A stretch of 60,000 bases of DNA from Botryllus schlosseri (taxonomy: Eukaryota), in contig CM119372.1 in NCBI GenBank assembly GCA_051294905.1, positions 5,148,001 through 5,208,000 on the forward strand. The letters run 5' to 3'. Below, in pieces: positions 1 through 12,100 of this stretch. Both the position numbers and the translations under genes were made by a program. The notes under the pieces are model-generated. The model saw only the letters and a program-made list of their open reading frames with translations, made no database searches and was not told the DNA's origin. Position 1 is the first letter of the stretch, and each line of letters starts with the position of its first letter.

Positions 1-71
1 CATGTCGCGGTATGCAAAATTATACTAACCTATAAAAGACAATAATATCCAAACAATTTTTCTGTCGTTAG

Positions 72-1112
72 GATTCACTACTTGGTCTGAGTGGGGTCTT
101 TGTTCCGATACATGCGATGGCGGGTCGCAAACTCGAAATAGGAATTGCCCTTTCGATTCTTGCGATCCAGACGCTGACGGAGACGACGTTGAACAGGCAC
201 GCTCTTGTAATACTCAGTTATGCCCGGGAGAGTGGGGTCCTTGGGGAAAATGGAGTTCGTGCACTGGGACGTGCGGAGACAGCAGCACTTCAGAAAGAAA
301 CCGAGTTTGCCGGGGAGAATCCGAGGGAAGAACATGCGCCGGCCGTAAGAGACAAGAAAAAGCATGTCCCGCATTACCGCCATGCCCTGGAATATGGGGC
401 GATTGGACCCAATGGTCTAAGTGTACGTTGACATGCGGGGGCGGAACGAGGAGCAGATCCAGAACTTGCGAAAACGGAGTGGTCGGACAAGTCGGATGTA
501 TCGGAGATACAAGTCAGAGTCAGCCTTGTAACGTTAAAATATGCCCTACTTCTTGGGGGCAATGGCAGGAGTGGGGAGAGTGTGACGGTGACTGCCAGCA
601 ATCACGTTCTAGGTAAAACTCGCAAAATGGATAGCATGGATATGAGAAACCTAAGTCGGGCTTAATTTTCGTTTCAGGGTATGCACTGGCGGGAACGCGC
701 GGAATCGAGTATGCCCCGGTTCTTCATCAGAGACCAGAGACTGCGAGAATTGCAATGGTATAAGTTTAACGAGCCTCTTCAGATTATCTAGTAACCCTCA
801 TCTATCTCGTTTCTTTAGTTGGCGATAAGTGCGAAGGAATCTTTGACGAAGTCAATTGGTGTAGGGCTATTGATCCAGTACTGTGCTTCACACCGCCTAA
901 TGGGCAGTACTGCCAGCGCTATTGCTGTGAAAGTGAGTCAGTAATTGATCCGTAAAACAACAATATATCTAAATTGCAATATATTCCTAGACTGCCAGAA
1001 CAACCCCGCTTATCAGTATTGCCTCGAACAATACCGAGAGTTTTGCGCCAGTGATACCCCCACTGGGGAAGCGTTCCGAAACAATTGCCGGGAATTCTGT
1101 GGACTGTGTTAG
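72..1112 (+). CDS. Gene A, 3' part only: TSP1 repeats + CC-type ShKT-like domain + terminal ShKT of a modular protease paralog
   Basis: Phase-compatible GT-AG exons at 72-612, 678-757, 819-932 and 991-1112. They give 4 TSP1 repeats (e.g. WSEWGLCSDTCDGGSQTRNRNC), then CEGIFDEVNWCRAIDPVLCFTPPNGQYCQRYCC, then the ShKT CQNNPAYQYCLEQYREFCASDTPTGEAFRNNCREFCGLC, ending at TAG 1110-1112. The protease domain lies outside the window and is inferred from paralogy. Confidence 0.88.
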
Positions 1113-2432
1113 TAGTTGAATTTTATAGTGATATAATGATTTTAATCGTTAATCATGTCTGAATCTTATCGTTCCTCTTCATCATTATGAATGTTATCTT
1201 ATTTGTTTTATGATGACGACTCGTTTGTTCATAATACTGTTATTGAGTGGTTCCGCTGTAGAGCTGATGCTGTCTTGTGATCTCGAAGTGAGCTGCTGCT
1301 GTGTTATCACATGAAAGAGCCCCTTTAAATAGCGCTACATGCATTGGACGAGTGGCTCTCAAACGCATGTGGACTGGTGCAGGTCCATATAAATTTTCCT
1401 GTCGGTTTGTCATATCTATTATAATTTAATATATCAATTCCAAAGTGCAAGAAGTTGGTCGCTTGTCCGTTAAATTAGAGAAATGAAAGTTAAAATTTTT
1501 CATTGATATAGAAATTTGGAATATATTTTTCTGCACGATGTCGAATTATGATCAATGTTTCATGGTTCATGGTCTAATTTGAATTAAGCGCTCATCATAA
1601 TGCTGCAAGTGCTGAACCAAACTGTCTCAAACTAGCCTACAACCCAATTAGGACCAGTGATGTGGGAATGCTAAGAATACTTTTTTAACGAAATAATTAA
1701 GTTTAAGGGCATTTCGCATTGCAGAAACTGCATCAATCTAATATCAAAATGCCGCATTAAGCGATACTAGGAATATTCTGCTTCTTCACAATTGCGAATA
1801 AAGTTGATGCATTTCTGTAAATAATGCGTATAGAAAAATATCGGGTGTGGCAATTACGGTCGCACTCTTTTCCTCCCTCTTCCCTGCCTGAGTATTACCC
1901 GCGCAAGTCAGACCTTTCCAGAGAAACCAATTTCAGACAAATCTTATCATGGCGTCAAACCAATTAATACAAATATATTAATAATGTAATACAAAGGCCG
2001 GTATATTTTCATGATCACCACAGTGACCTTGTATATGTACAAACAAGCAAAGGATATCGCGCGAAGCGCGAAGAAATTTTGTTGTTGCAAGAAATTTAGC
2101 AATCACTTTGGGGCGGTCGCAGCCCAAATTTATACCCTTACCCATACTTTAAGAACCCCTGTTTTATAGAGTACAGTTTACTTGTCGTCGAATTCTGGAA
2201 ATGTAATCCGGCATTGAGATGAGTAGGATATAGAGGACTGTAACGAGAGTCTCAGATTGCTTTGCGAATTAGAATGTATAAAAATATTTGATGACTTGCA
2301 ATTTGACTACGAGGCACAAGTCATCTTATGTTTTCCATACGTCGAGTCTGAGTCAAGCCTATCGAAGGTCGTTACAGTGTTTGATTGGAGTCGAGCCAAG
2401 TCATTCGAGAATTGTGAGTGGAGTCACCCCAT

Positions 2433-2510
2433 CGACAAGATAGCGTAATGGTTAAGCGTCCGGCTTCTTGATCGGTAGGTCGTGGGTTCGATTCCCGTCC
2501 GGGCTTCCCT
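2433..2510 (+). mobile_element. tRNA-derived SINE head or tRNA pseudogene
   Basis: A-box TAGCGTAATGG and B-box GGTTCGATTCC at tRNA spacing, but the acceptor stem is poor. Confidence 0.6.
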
Positions 2511-3465
2511 GCTTGACGCTCATGCATTACTGGGATAGCATGATTTAGAACGCCGTAAAGGCTTATAACTGCACTTCCTTGTCCAGCGGCATATGCACAT
2601 CATGCACTCATGGTATGCACATGCGCAGATCGTGTGTATGTGTATCATGAGTCGGTGTATATGCCGCAAAACATCAAGGACAAAAATAAACTACGTCCTT
2701 TTTCACCCCATCGGCAATGCAAAGACCAAGTATATGAGCGACACAGATAGACACTTGAAAGCATTGTATATGCGTGCTCATATGTACATTGTACAATCTC
2801 ACTGACCTATACCAGCTACGCACACAACAGGGTCAATTCTATAGCGAAATGCTACTAACAGGCGTATAATATACCCCCTAGAAGAGTTTCACTATGAATC
2901 AGTATTGCATCGCCAGGCTTATTACCAGTGGTAAATAAAATATACATACAGAGTTTTGAATTACTACATGCTGGTGAGAAGTGGTCGCATACGAGCGATG
3001 TGACGCCGTCACTGCGTGTGTATTTCCTATTGATGAGACGAATTGGATTCTGAGTAAGTGCCTCAAAAAGTGAGACTTCCTCCCTGATTGTATCTAACAG
3101 CAGTGTTGGGATGACTCGAGTCATGACTTGACTCGAGTCACCTTTTTCGCATGACTTGACTTGACTCGAGTCAATTTGCTAAAATGACTTGACTTGACTC
3201 GGCGTTTCAGAAATGTGAATTGACTCGTGACTCGGAGCGAAATTCACGAGTCAATTTCAAGTCATCAAGTAATCGGTGTCGATAAAAATCACATTATCTT
3301 GCATATGATCGAATTGTTAGCGAAACGCTGATGTAACCCGTGAGAGCGACCAATAATTCAATGATCGTGCGTTTTACTGAGCCTCCATTGTTCTCTCACA
3401 TTCAAATTGACCGCAAACGAAGTGATCGAAGCTTACAGCTTGCGATGCCGTAAAACTAGCATAGT

Positions 3466-5045
3466 AAGTGTTGGCCCTACGAACGGGGGAGGGGGGGTCT
3501 GGGCGAGACTTACCGGGGGGCCCCCTATAAGTAGGGTTACCATATTTCAGCAACCCAAATTCGGGACACTCTTTAGCGCACTCACCAGCAACGCTTTGCT
3601 CATAGACCCGAGGTTGTCACGGTCCGGTTCAGGAGTATGTGGCTGTGTGTTGTGTAACCGGGACCGAAAGCACCTGTTTTAGCCCCCTCCCGCCCAAATA
3701 AACAATGATTTTGAGCCCACACTATGGGGTAATCGATGCAACATCTGGGCGACTCCGCCTCCAATTTGAAAATGTTCCGTGGCCCAGATCAGAATTTTAC
3801 AATATTAAGCTGCCGAAGGCAGCATAACGAGAAAAACTAATAGCTACGCCCGTAAGGGCGTAGTACAGAGTTTCCGCAATGGATTCACCACAGTTCTTGT
3901 TCAGATTTAAGACATGATATAATATATACATTTAAGATATATATATATTGGTAGGAATTTAGTGAACAAGACATTCTGGTGTTTTAGCCAAAGGATCTTC
4001 ATCCGTAAGCTGTCAGAGGCGGGCTTGACCCTACCGACAAGAATTCAAAGCATGGGTGCTTTGGGTAGATATTATGTAACATAAAATCTGGGAGTAAATA
4101 GGATAAAGAGTTCTTATGGGAAGATAAAGTATAAATAAAGGTAAAGTCATAATAAGGAAATAATATTAACAAAATAATTTATAGTATAAGCAGAGGGTAA
4201 TAATATAGTAGCATGAATATGACTCAGTCCAAAGCAACTCTACCATAGCATCTCACGTCGTCAGGGGTGGTAAAGTTGTAGGAAGGGCGTATTAGCCTCT
4301 CCTTTTCTGTAGCAAATACCGGAAATGCTTACGGCAGAGGGACTATAACAATTTTGATTGAGTTTAAATAAATGAGCTTGTATGGGGGGTGAATTTCAAC
4401 GAAAATGGTCGATTTCAGATAGTATTTTAAAATACTTCTAATTCGAAATCAGACAAAAGCAATACATTTTGAAAAGAACTAGTTTCATACTTTAGGATTC
4501 TGCAATGAAAAAATTTTGGAAAATTTTGTTAGTTCAGCAGTACCTTACGGCCTTAAAAAGCGGGACGTTTGACTGACTGGTCGGGACGCCGGGACAAGAC
4601 GTTAAAAATCGGGACTATCCCGCCTAAAACGGGACGTATGGTAAGCCTACCTATAAGTATCTATCCGTAACTTCTGGGGGGCGGAGCCCCCTTCCACATC
4701 GATTATTATTATCTATCTTTCACCACCGCCAAAGGTTTGCCCAGGTGCTGGATTCGGCCATGTCTATTTTGCATGTGTGCAAGGATAGACTACATCAAAA
4801 CTAAGTAATTCTACCGCATGCAGAGACGTGATTATTATCGGGATACGGGACTTTTCTTACAAATGCAGTAATTTGATGATGATTGACACATCTGTACGGA
4901 ATCATATTCTTGCTTGGTGCACGGATTGCCATGTTTAATCGTCATTCTCCTTGAAAAAAGCGCAAAATCCAAATAGGGGGGCCCCTTCGACCAGGGGGGG
5001 GGGGCGCGTAACCGCTCACCTAGCCCACCCCAAAAGCCACCACTG
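3466..5045. mobile_element. MITE nested in 3101-5626
   Basis: Imperfect TIRs (AAGTGTTGGC/GCCACCACTG) and near-identical TSD AGCATAGT/AGCGTAGT. Confidence 0.65.
3532..4649. mobile_element. hAT-type MITE (TAGGGTTACCATA ends), third nesting level
   Basis: TIRs TAGGGTTACCATA/TATGGTAAGCCTA, TSD CCTATAAG on both sides, CGGGAC subterminal repeats. Confidence 0.88.
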
Positions 5046-6068
5046 AGCGTAGTGAAGTAACCTCATATCAAAATTTCTGTTCCATGTTCTTACATCAACA
5101 AAACCTCTTGTTTTGATGAAATTGAATTCGAATATAGTTTATATATAGTTGATCCCCAACCATTGGCGCAGGCTCGAATTTTACCATATCAATTTGTGAA
5201 TGGGTAATGTATTGCATCTTATCAATTCGTTACTCTATTCTCTATTTTGGCTGGTAACTATAAACTGAGGCTAACGTAGTTTGCAGTTCTACGTATATTT
5301 GAACGATACAGCGCCTTCTTGCGTGTATATTTAAGTCTGTATTCGTTCATCGGTTCAAAATCAATGACCACTCAATCTATGTATTTCTGACAGCTAGCAA
5401 AATGCAATGACGTAATCAAGCCTCATACTTCGAAAAGGCAACTTGACTTGAATTGTGACTTGACTTGACTTGACTCGACTTGACTCGAGTCACCTCCAAA
5501 AATCGAGTGACTTGACTTGACTCGAGTCACTTTCGAAAATCGATTGACTTGACTTGACTCGAGTCAAAATGTGCAATGACTCGAAATGACTCGTGACTCG
5601 AAGGTAGTGACTTGATCCCAACACTGTCTAACAGTAGCAGCTAATCTAGAAGCGAAGATTGTCGGAATTCTAGTCCCAAATTCGGGCGCGGAAAACGAAA
5701 TCAATTTGTTAACAAATACCATACCGAAATACATTCTTCAAAGAAAGGGTCACCGACCCCCGACCCGATTTGAGATTTCGGAAGAACGCTTAGTAAAGCA
5801 TTTTGAAATGCTGAAATTGATTGGACTTTAAGAATATTGTTGTTGCTGTTCAAAATAAGCTATGCCCTAATGTGCCCAACATCACTGTTCCTCACTAGCT
5901 GATGGGGCTTCGCCGATGATAATAGCATTCCATGGCGGGATAATTAGCTGATGCGGGCCCGGCTGATGCAAAGGGGCAAATTGCCTTTACTTGAAATGAC
6001 TGAGTCATTGCCAAGACCGAGACGCTTAGAAAACGACTTGGGGACTCCCCACAAGATTAAGTTTACGA

Positions 6069-6649
6069 CTGTGATGAGCGGATAGTGCTTTTCGATACTC
6101 CGAACCCCTCCGACAACTTTAGTCTCTGAGGCAATCTCCCTCCGACTCCGAAGAGCTCAATCCCAGACTCCAAGATAATCCGAAGAATCTCGTCCAGTCT
6201 CGTCAGTCTGCCTTGCTAAATCACTAGGTTAAGATAGCTCATCGCCAATCATACCATTATAACCAGTTTTATATCATCAGAGTGGCAAGCAAGGTACACT
6301 GGGCAATGTGTTTTACTAAATAGATGTGATAATATGGTTGGCCATATAGTATTGTCTACTCTCCACTGGAGTGCATTGCATTGCAGTGCAAATGGCTGAT
6401 TTTTATAAACTTGGCAATCCTTTTTGCATGTTACCCGTCACATTACAATTTTACAAGGTGTAAACTGCTGGTGTTTTGGTTTGTAATCAATAGTGTCTTC
6501 TGGTCAGAGCTATCCAAAGATATCGGGGGCAAAAATTACAACACTCCGAAAAAATATCTGTAGTAAACTCCGACTCCGCTCCGAGTGTCACAAAATCGGC
6601 AAAACTCCGCTCTGAATACACTCCGACTCCGCTCCGATGCTCATCACTG
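6069..6649. mobile_element. hAT-type MITE with ACTCCG subterminal repeats
   Basis: TIRs CTGTGATGAGC/GCTCATCACTG and TSD GTTTACGA (6061-6068, 6650-6657). Confidence 0.85.
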
Positions 6650-7399
6650 GTTTACGAGGAGATCGTTTTCCAGCAAGTATAGCCTACCGTGTATGGTTAA
6701 CCGCGCTAACCCCAATATAGATTCTTAGTCACTGAAAATTGTTGTCAATTATCGTGCGCTGCACACAGTTCCAATAGCAGAAAAATGATGATCATGATTT
6801 TTTTGTAGGAATATACAATTTCTTTTGCGGTAACAATGTGCGGCCCATGTTAGAGAGCACAGCGTTGTACTGATGTGAATTTTGTAAAACGTGGTTGCCT
6901 GGGTGGCCTATATTAGGCTATCTCCATATTGAATTCATGCGGCCCGCGTTCTCTACAAAATTTGAAAAGTGACCTGTGTCCTATTTTGAGTTGGCGATCT
7001 CTGATTTAGAGACTGTACAATGTACACGTACAGTACACTTTATACAGTACACTGGACGTACGGTGAGCATATCAGAAATTGCAATGAGTGTCGAAATGTT
7101 TTATGAATTCGAATCACTAGGTGCAAATATTTTTACACGTTGAATGGCAACGATTTGACGATTTGCTTTGGTACGTGCTACGTTGTATCTCAGGGATATA
7201 TTGACCTGAACATTCCCGATTAGCGGTTATAGCGCTACTTCAATCGTTATTATACCTCTTCCTCAGAGAACACAACAGACTTTGGCCGTATACAGTCTAT
7301 ACACATTATTCAATCGCAACAGCAGATAATGTCCGTTGTTTCCGGTGATCTATTACGAGCGGCATCTCATGTAATTTACTATTCCACCTCAAACCGCGT

Positions 7400-7830
7400 T
7401 ACGTGAGAACAAGCGAAACCCGACCTTTCAGTTTTTCGCGTAGAGTCATTTTACGGAAGTGAGTTTCACATTTGCGGTGCGACATTCAGAACTGTTTGTT
7501 CAATAGCGACACGTCACTTTTGCTGCTCACTTGAAGCACACCTAAGCATAAATTTGCTCCAGGCCGTCCTTCACGACTTGGTGACATCACATTGCGAATA
7601 TAGTATGCGTCTCTCAAAAACACATCAGATATGGAGAGCTGGACTTGCATGGTCCGCATTGGAATCATTTCTATCGCTTCAAGATACATTATATTATGAA
7701 TGGTGGTTACAAGAATGAGCATTTTTGACCGCAGCATCATATTTATTCCTGTATTCGTTGAGAAAGAGTTACGAAGGCAACAGTTTCTTCCATGTATTCC
7801 GATATATTCAGCTTGGCGTTTTGAGGATAA
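7400..7830 (+). promoter_or_regulatory. Conserved upstream block of gene B (homologous to 30515-30910)
   Basis: Colinear matches to the gene C upstream region: AAGYGAAACCCG..TTTCAGTT, CG(G)AAGTGAGTT, TGACATCACATWGCGAATA, TTTCYATCGCTTCAAG, GCATCAT..TTTATTC. Regulatory function is inferred. Confidence 0.55.
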
Positions 7831-9170
7831 ATGTATTCTTTATTGTTATTGTAATTAATCATAAGGAGAGTGTCGCTTATCAACACAATCGATCTCGTGC
7901 CTATGCCAGGAGAATTTTAACGGTGTCGGTTTACACTATCCGTTCATGGTTCGATATAACAATAACTCATGCGAAATATGACAAATAGGACGACTAGTTG
8001 TAGTAATTTCGAAACCGCACGGGGATTAAATGTTATAGAAAGGATAGTCTTTCACAATCAATATCCCCAGAATATTGTAATACTTGACAAGGCGTAGCAT
8101 GCACTGAATATAGTTTAACATACATTTAACCGAAATTTTCAAAAAGTAGGACATTTAGGCGTTCTCCGAGGACATTTTCAAAAATGTCAAAAAAGAGGAC
8201 AAATCCTCCTGGAAGTGGACGTATGGTAACCCTAGTATTGAGCAATAAGCATTCAGCCTGCGATGGCCTGAGCGCAGGCCAACACGGAAAAAAGTAAAAA
8301 AAACAGCAAAAAAGTCGATTCCAATCAGATGGAATATCAGCGAGACATGGAGCGATTAAAGTACCAATATAATCGATAACATTTACTTCTGCAACGCGTG
8401 ATTATAGAATGGTGACAAAAATTGAAACATAGTGTCCTATTTGGTGTGGACACAGCGAGATCGAGCGGCTCGCTGCATTTGGGTAACGTCATTCATTCCA
8501 TTTGACCAAATGCAACTTTACGTTCCCAGGTGGGTGTCTGATCTCAAAGACTACTCCAAATCGCTTTGGCACCTTCTTATCTTTCATTGTATCGCAGTCT
8601 TGTGATTTTTGAAGTGATGAAATTTTATGAATAAACTTGAACTTGATATATTTTGTGAACAACAGTCGTCAGATATCTCGATCGATGTGGTAAATTGAAT
8701 CAGTTCTAAAGCTGAATGAAATTCGCGTAGTCATAGCATCTATATTCAAGTTCACATTTTAGTTTTACGACTATACTGTTCGCTATGTCGTACATACAAA
8801 ATGAATCATTAGATCAATTGCCCGTTAAAGAGGCTTGAACATTTACGTATTGTAGAACATGTTGTTCTACGTGTTTACTGATCCCATGGGTTCAGAGACG
8901 TCCATGCTGGTTGTAATGATACGGAAGAATACTTAAGGGGTTGGGGGTCGAGTTAAGAGGGATTCACACTTCTTCAAAATCGAGTTTCACCGGAATTGGG
9001 AACACATTCGTTCACCTTGATTATTCAACCAGAAAGTATAAATTACTTTGGTGGTACATTACAAAACAAAATCGCATCATCGAGTACTTACGTCGCTTTC
9101 TACCTGAAAAGTGCTCTTGGCCGCAATTTGCACCATGTCACACTGGAGACAGGTTTCGCCATCCAAGGAG

Positions 9171-12100
9171 ATGAAAGGGAGGTTAGCAAACATTTTATCA
9201 GGCTTTAAACTTGAGAAATATCAAAATCCCTCATTTTGTCTAGGGCAGTGCTTTTCAACCTTTTTGAGCTTCATTCGCACTATTTTTGTAAAATAAATTT
9301 CATTCGCACAAACTAGCCGAATATTGTTATACAAAAAGAAAGATGAAAATATAACATTTATTTGTTCAGATGTGCAACAAATTGGCCACTGGCGTAACCA
9401 GGGAGGGGTGAAAGGGGCGGTCGCCCCCCCCCCCCAATTTTTGATTTTTTTTTTAAATCAATAGATATTACAGTATTTTGGCGTAGATGTATGTAACCTC
9501 AAATTTTTCTTCGCGCTTCGCGCGATTTATTGTCCGTTTATTTCTTGATTTTAATATCGGTATCACGAAAAAAACTCTTCCGCAAATACCCATTGAATTT
9601 AGCTGCATTCTCTATTATGAAAATACAACAGTACCAGTAGATACACTACAGTAGCCCGAGGTCGTTGGGTTGATTGAGTCTATAGGAGTGTCAGTTCAGT
9701 ATGGGGGTTGGGGACTGATAGCTCCGGCAACTTCCGTTCGGGACAAACGAATATATATAAAGTAGGCTACATCCGACTCCGCAAGTGCGCTTCCAAAATG
9801 ATTGACGGCCATAAAACCTACCCATGTATTCCGAAAGCCTTCGAGAAACATTTTCGGGTGCTTAAATGGCTGCATGGCGGCTAATGATCCTGTTCCTGCA
9901 ATCAGACCCCTCCAACATAAATGCGACTTGCACAGGAAAATAGCACCACCTCACGTTAAAAAGTGCTGATTTGAAATTGAACGAGTCTGATCAAAGGAGT
10001 TCTATTATTTGGTCTGATTTGTATCAGCGATTTCAATCTTTAAAGTATAGCGTCAATCTGTACCAGAGGTTACGAACTAACCGCGTGCTTCAACGAAGTG
10101 ATAAGAATGGACACCACTTGCTCGTATAGACGAACCAATATTATTGATCAAATTAATCCTTCACTTATTAAAAAAACATTTACGTTCTGCGCAACTATGG
10201 CCGAAATTCAGACTGATTGTTCATTAGGGCTCTTCAAAAATGACTTTTTTTCTCAAATCGTACTGGCTACTTGATAAAATTGTTAGGTTACCTAATTTAA
10301 GCCTACGTACAAAATTTGGTTCAATTCCAGCAAGTAACCGCTTTGTTACAGGAGAAGAAAGTTTCTATTTATTATATAAAAATAAATAATAAAAAATTTG
10401 AAAATTTTCTGTTCACCCCGTGAAAGTGTTAGGCTGCCTATAGAAACGATGCTCACCAAGTTTGGTTCAATTCCAACCAGTGGAAGCGGAGTTATTGCCG
10501 TCGAAAAATTTGGATTTGAATAAAATAGTATTTACGGTGAGCACAACTATAATAAATAAACAAAGAATCGGTCACCGTAAATACTATTATTTTCAAATCC
10601 AAATTTTTCGACGGCAATAACTCCGCTTCCACTGGTTGGAATTGAACCAAATTTGGTGAGCATCGTTTCTATAGACAGCCTAACACTTTCATGGGGTGAA
10701 CAGAAAATTTTCAAATTTTTTATTATTTATTTTTATATAATAAATAGAAACTTTCTTCTCCTGTAGCAAAGCGGTTACTGGTTGGAATTGAACCAAATTT
10801 TGTGTGTAGGCTTAAATTAGGTAACCTAACAATTTTATCAAGTAGCCAGTACGATTTGAGAAAAAAATCATTTTTGAAGAGCCCTATTGTTCATCACTTA
10901 ATGTCAGCGATTTGGGCTCGTCCGCGAGACGACCACCTAATACAAGCTTAGTTGGAAACTGGAAACTTCTATCGGGTATATATGTGTGTGCGATGTTTCC
11001 ACGGAAGACCTCCCCTAAAAAAAATTGTTTTTTTCTGGCTACGACTTTACGTGTGCGTGATCTCTTGAGTGGTGACAGCTTTCTCCGCAAGTCATGAAGT
11101 AACAGCAATAAATGACAACTGTCCTGTCCGGCGTCCGTCCACCCTCTAGAACAGGGACGGCCAACCCGGGTCCCGCTAGAAGGTTTTGAGTGGCCCGCGG
11201 GTTAATTCTCGAAATTAATAATATTATCGAAAAATAAATTACCAAAACCAAATAACCAAATTTTGTTTAGCTTGACCGCGAAATTTGGGATTTTGACGAC
11301 TAAATTATCAGTTTCGGCGCATTGGCGTAGCCAGGGGCCAGCCACATTTTTCGTAGATCGTCCTATCTAATGTACAATATTTCGCTCGGCTAGGTCGGGG
11401 ATCCACCAAAAGTCTTCATGACACAATTGTTATGGATTTTGATACGTATTAATATGAGTATTGTTTTCACCGTTACCTATTATCCGGTACTCTCCTATCG
11501 GAAGAGTAAAAAAAGGCTCATCAACATTCATATATAGTTGAAGATGTATAATTAAGTGCCCCTGAATGTTCGATGACACCACTTCCATCAACACTGCCAG
11601 TAAATCTGATAATGAAAACGTATTTGCAATATGCAAATAACAATAAAAGTAACCAATTTCATTCATTAACCAAGAAAAATTTTCGCGCTTCACGCGAAGG
11701 TGTTGTCGTCGGGGTTTTCCACAATCATCATATTATCACTAGGGCGATTTTTTTTGACATGTCAAAAAAAGTCAAAATTAGGTCAAAATTGTAGCGTTAG
11801 GTCAAAATTTGTCAAAATTGTTTACAAAATCAGACATTTTTTGACCTCTACATTTCGTTTGTATCGTAGATTTTGCGCTGTGTGTGAACTTATCATTTGA
11901 TAATTTACAGCCTGTAGCCTACTTTATAGGCCTACCGTTGTAAACGGCCCATCGTCTGCTCATTGTGAATCATAAACGGTCAAATGAAACAAATAGTGAC
12001 ATGGTTTTATGGTCAACGTACCGCAATATCCTAACTGAAGCAAGACTGCTTGGGCATTGCATGGTTCTTACATCAAGAAGCGCAAGCTGAAAAATAGTGA

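Larger units (their letters stand above)
3101..5626. mobile_element. hAT-type non-autonomous element with GACTT/GACTCGAGTC subterminal repeats, containing nested MITEs
   Basis: TIRs CAGTGTTGGGAT/ATCCCAACACTG with an 8-bp TSD TCTAACAG (3093-3100, 5627-5634). Confidence 0.9.

Noticed and set aside
117..431. 104-aa ORF with a hydrophobic N-terminus
   Set aside because: An alternative frame overlapping the true TSP1 exon 72-612.
2433..2510. Functional tRNA gene
   Set aside because: A/B boxes are present but the acceptor stem does not pair well, so a SINE head or pseudogene fits better. The same applies to 12257-12325.
3101..3270. GACTT/GACTCGAGTC repeats (also 5440-5610) as a CRISPR-like array
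   Set aside because: No unique spacers or regular period. They are subterminal repeats of a TIR/TSD-bounded element in a eukaryotic genome.
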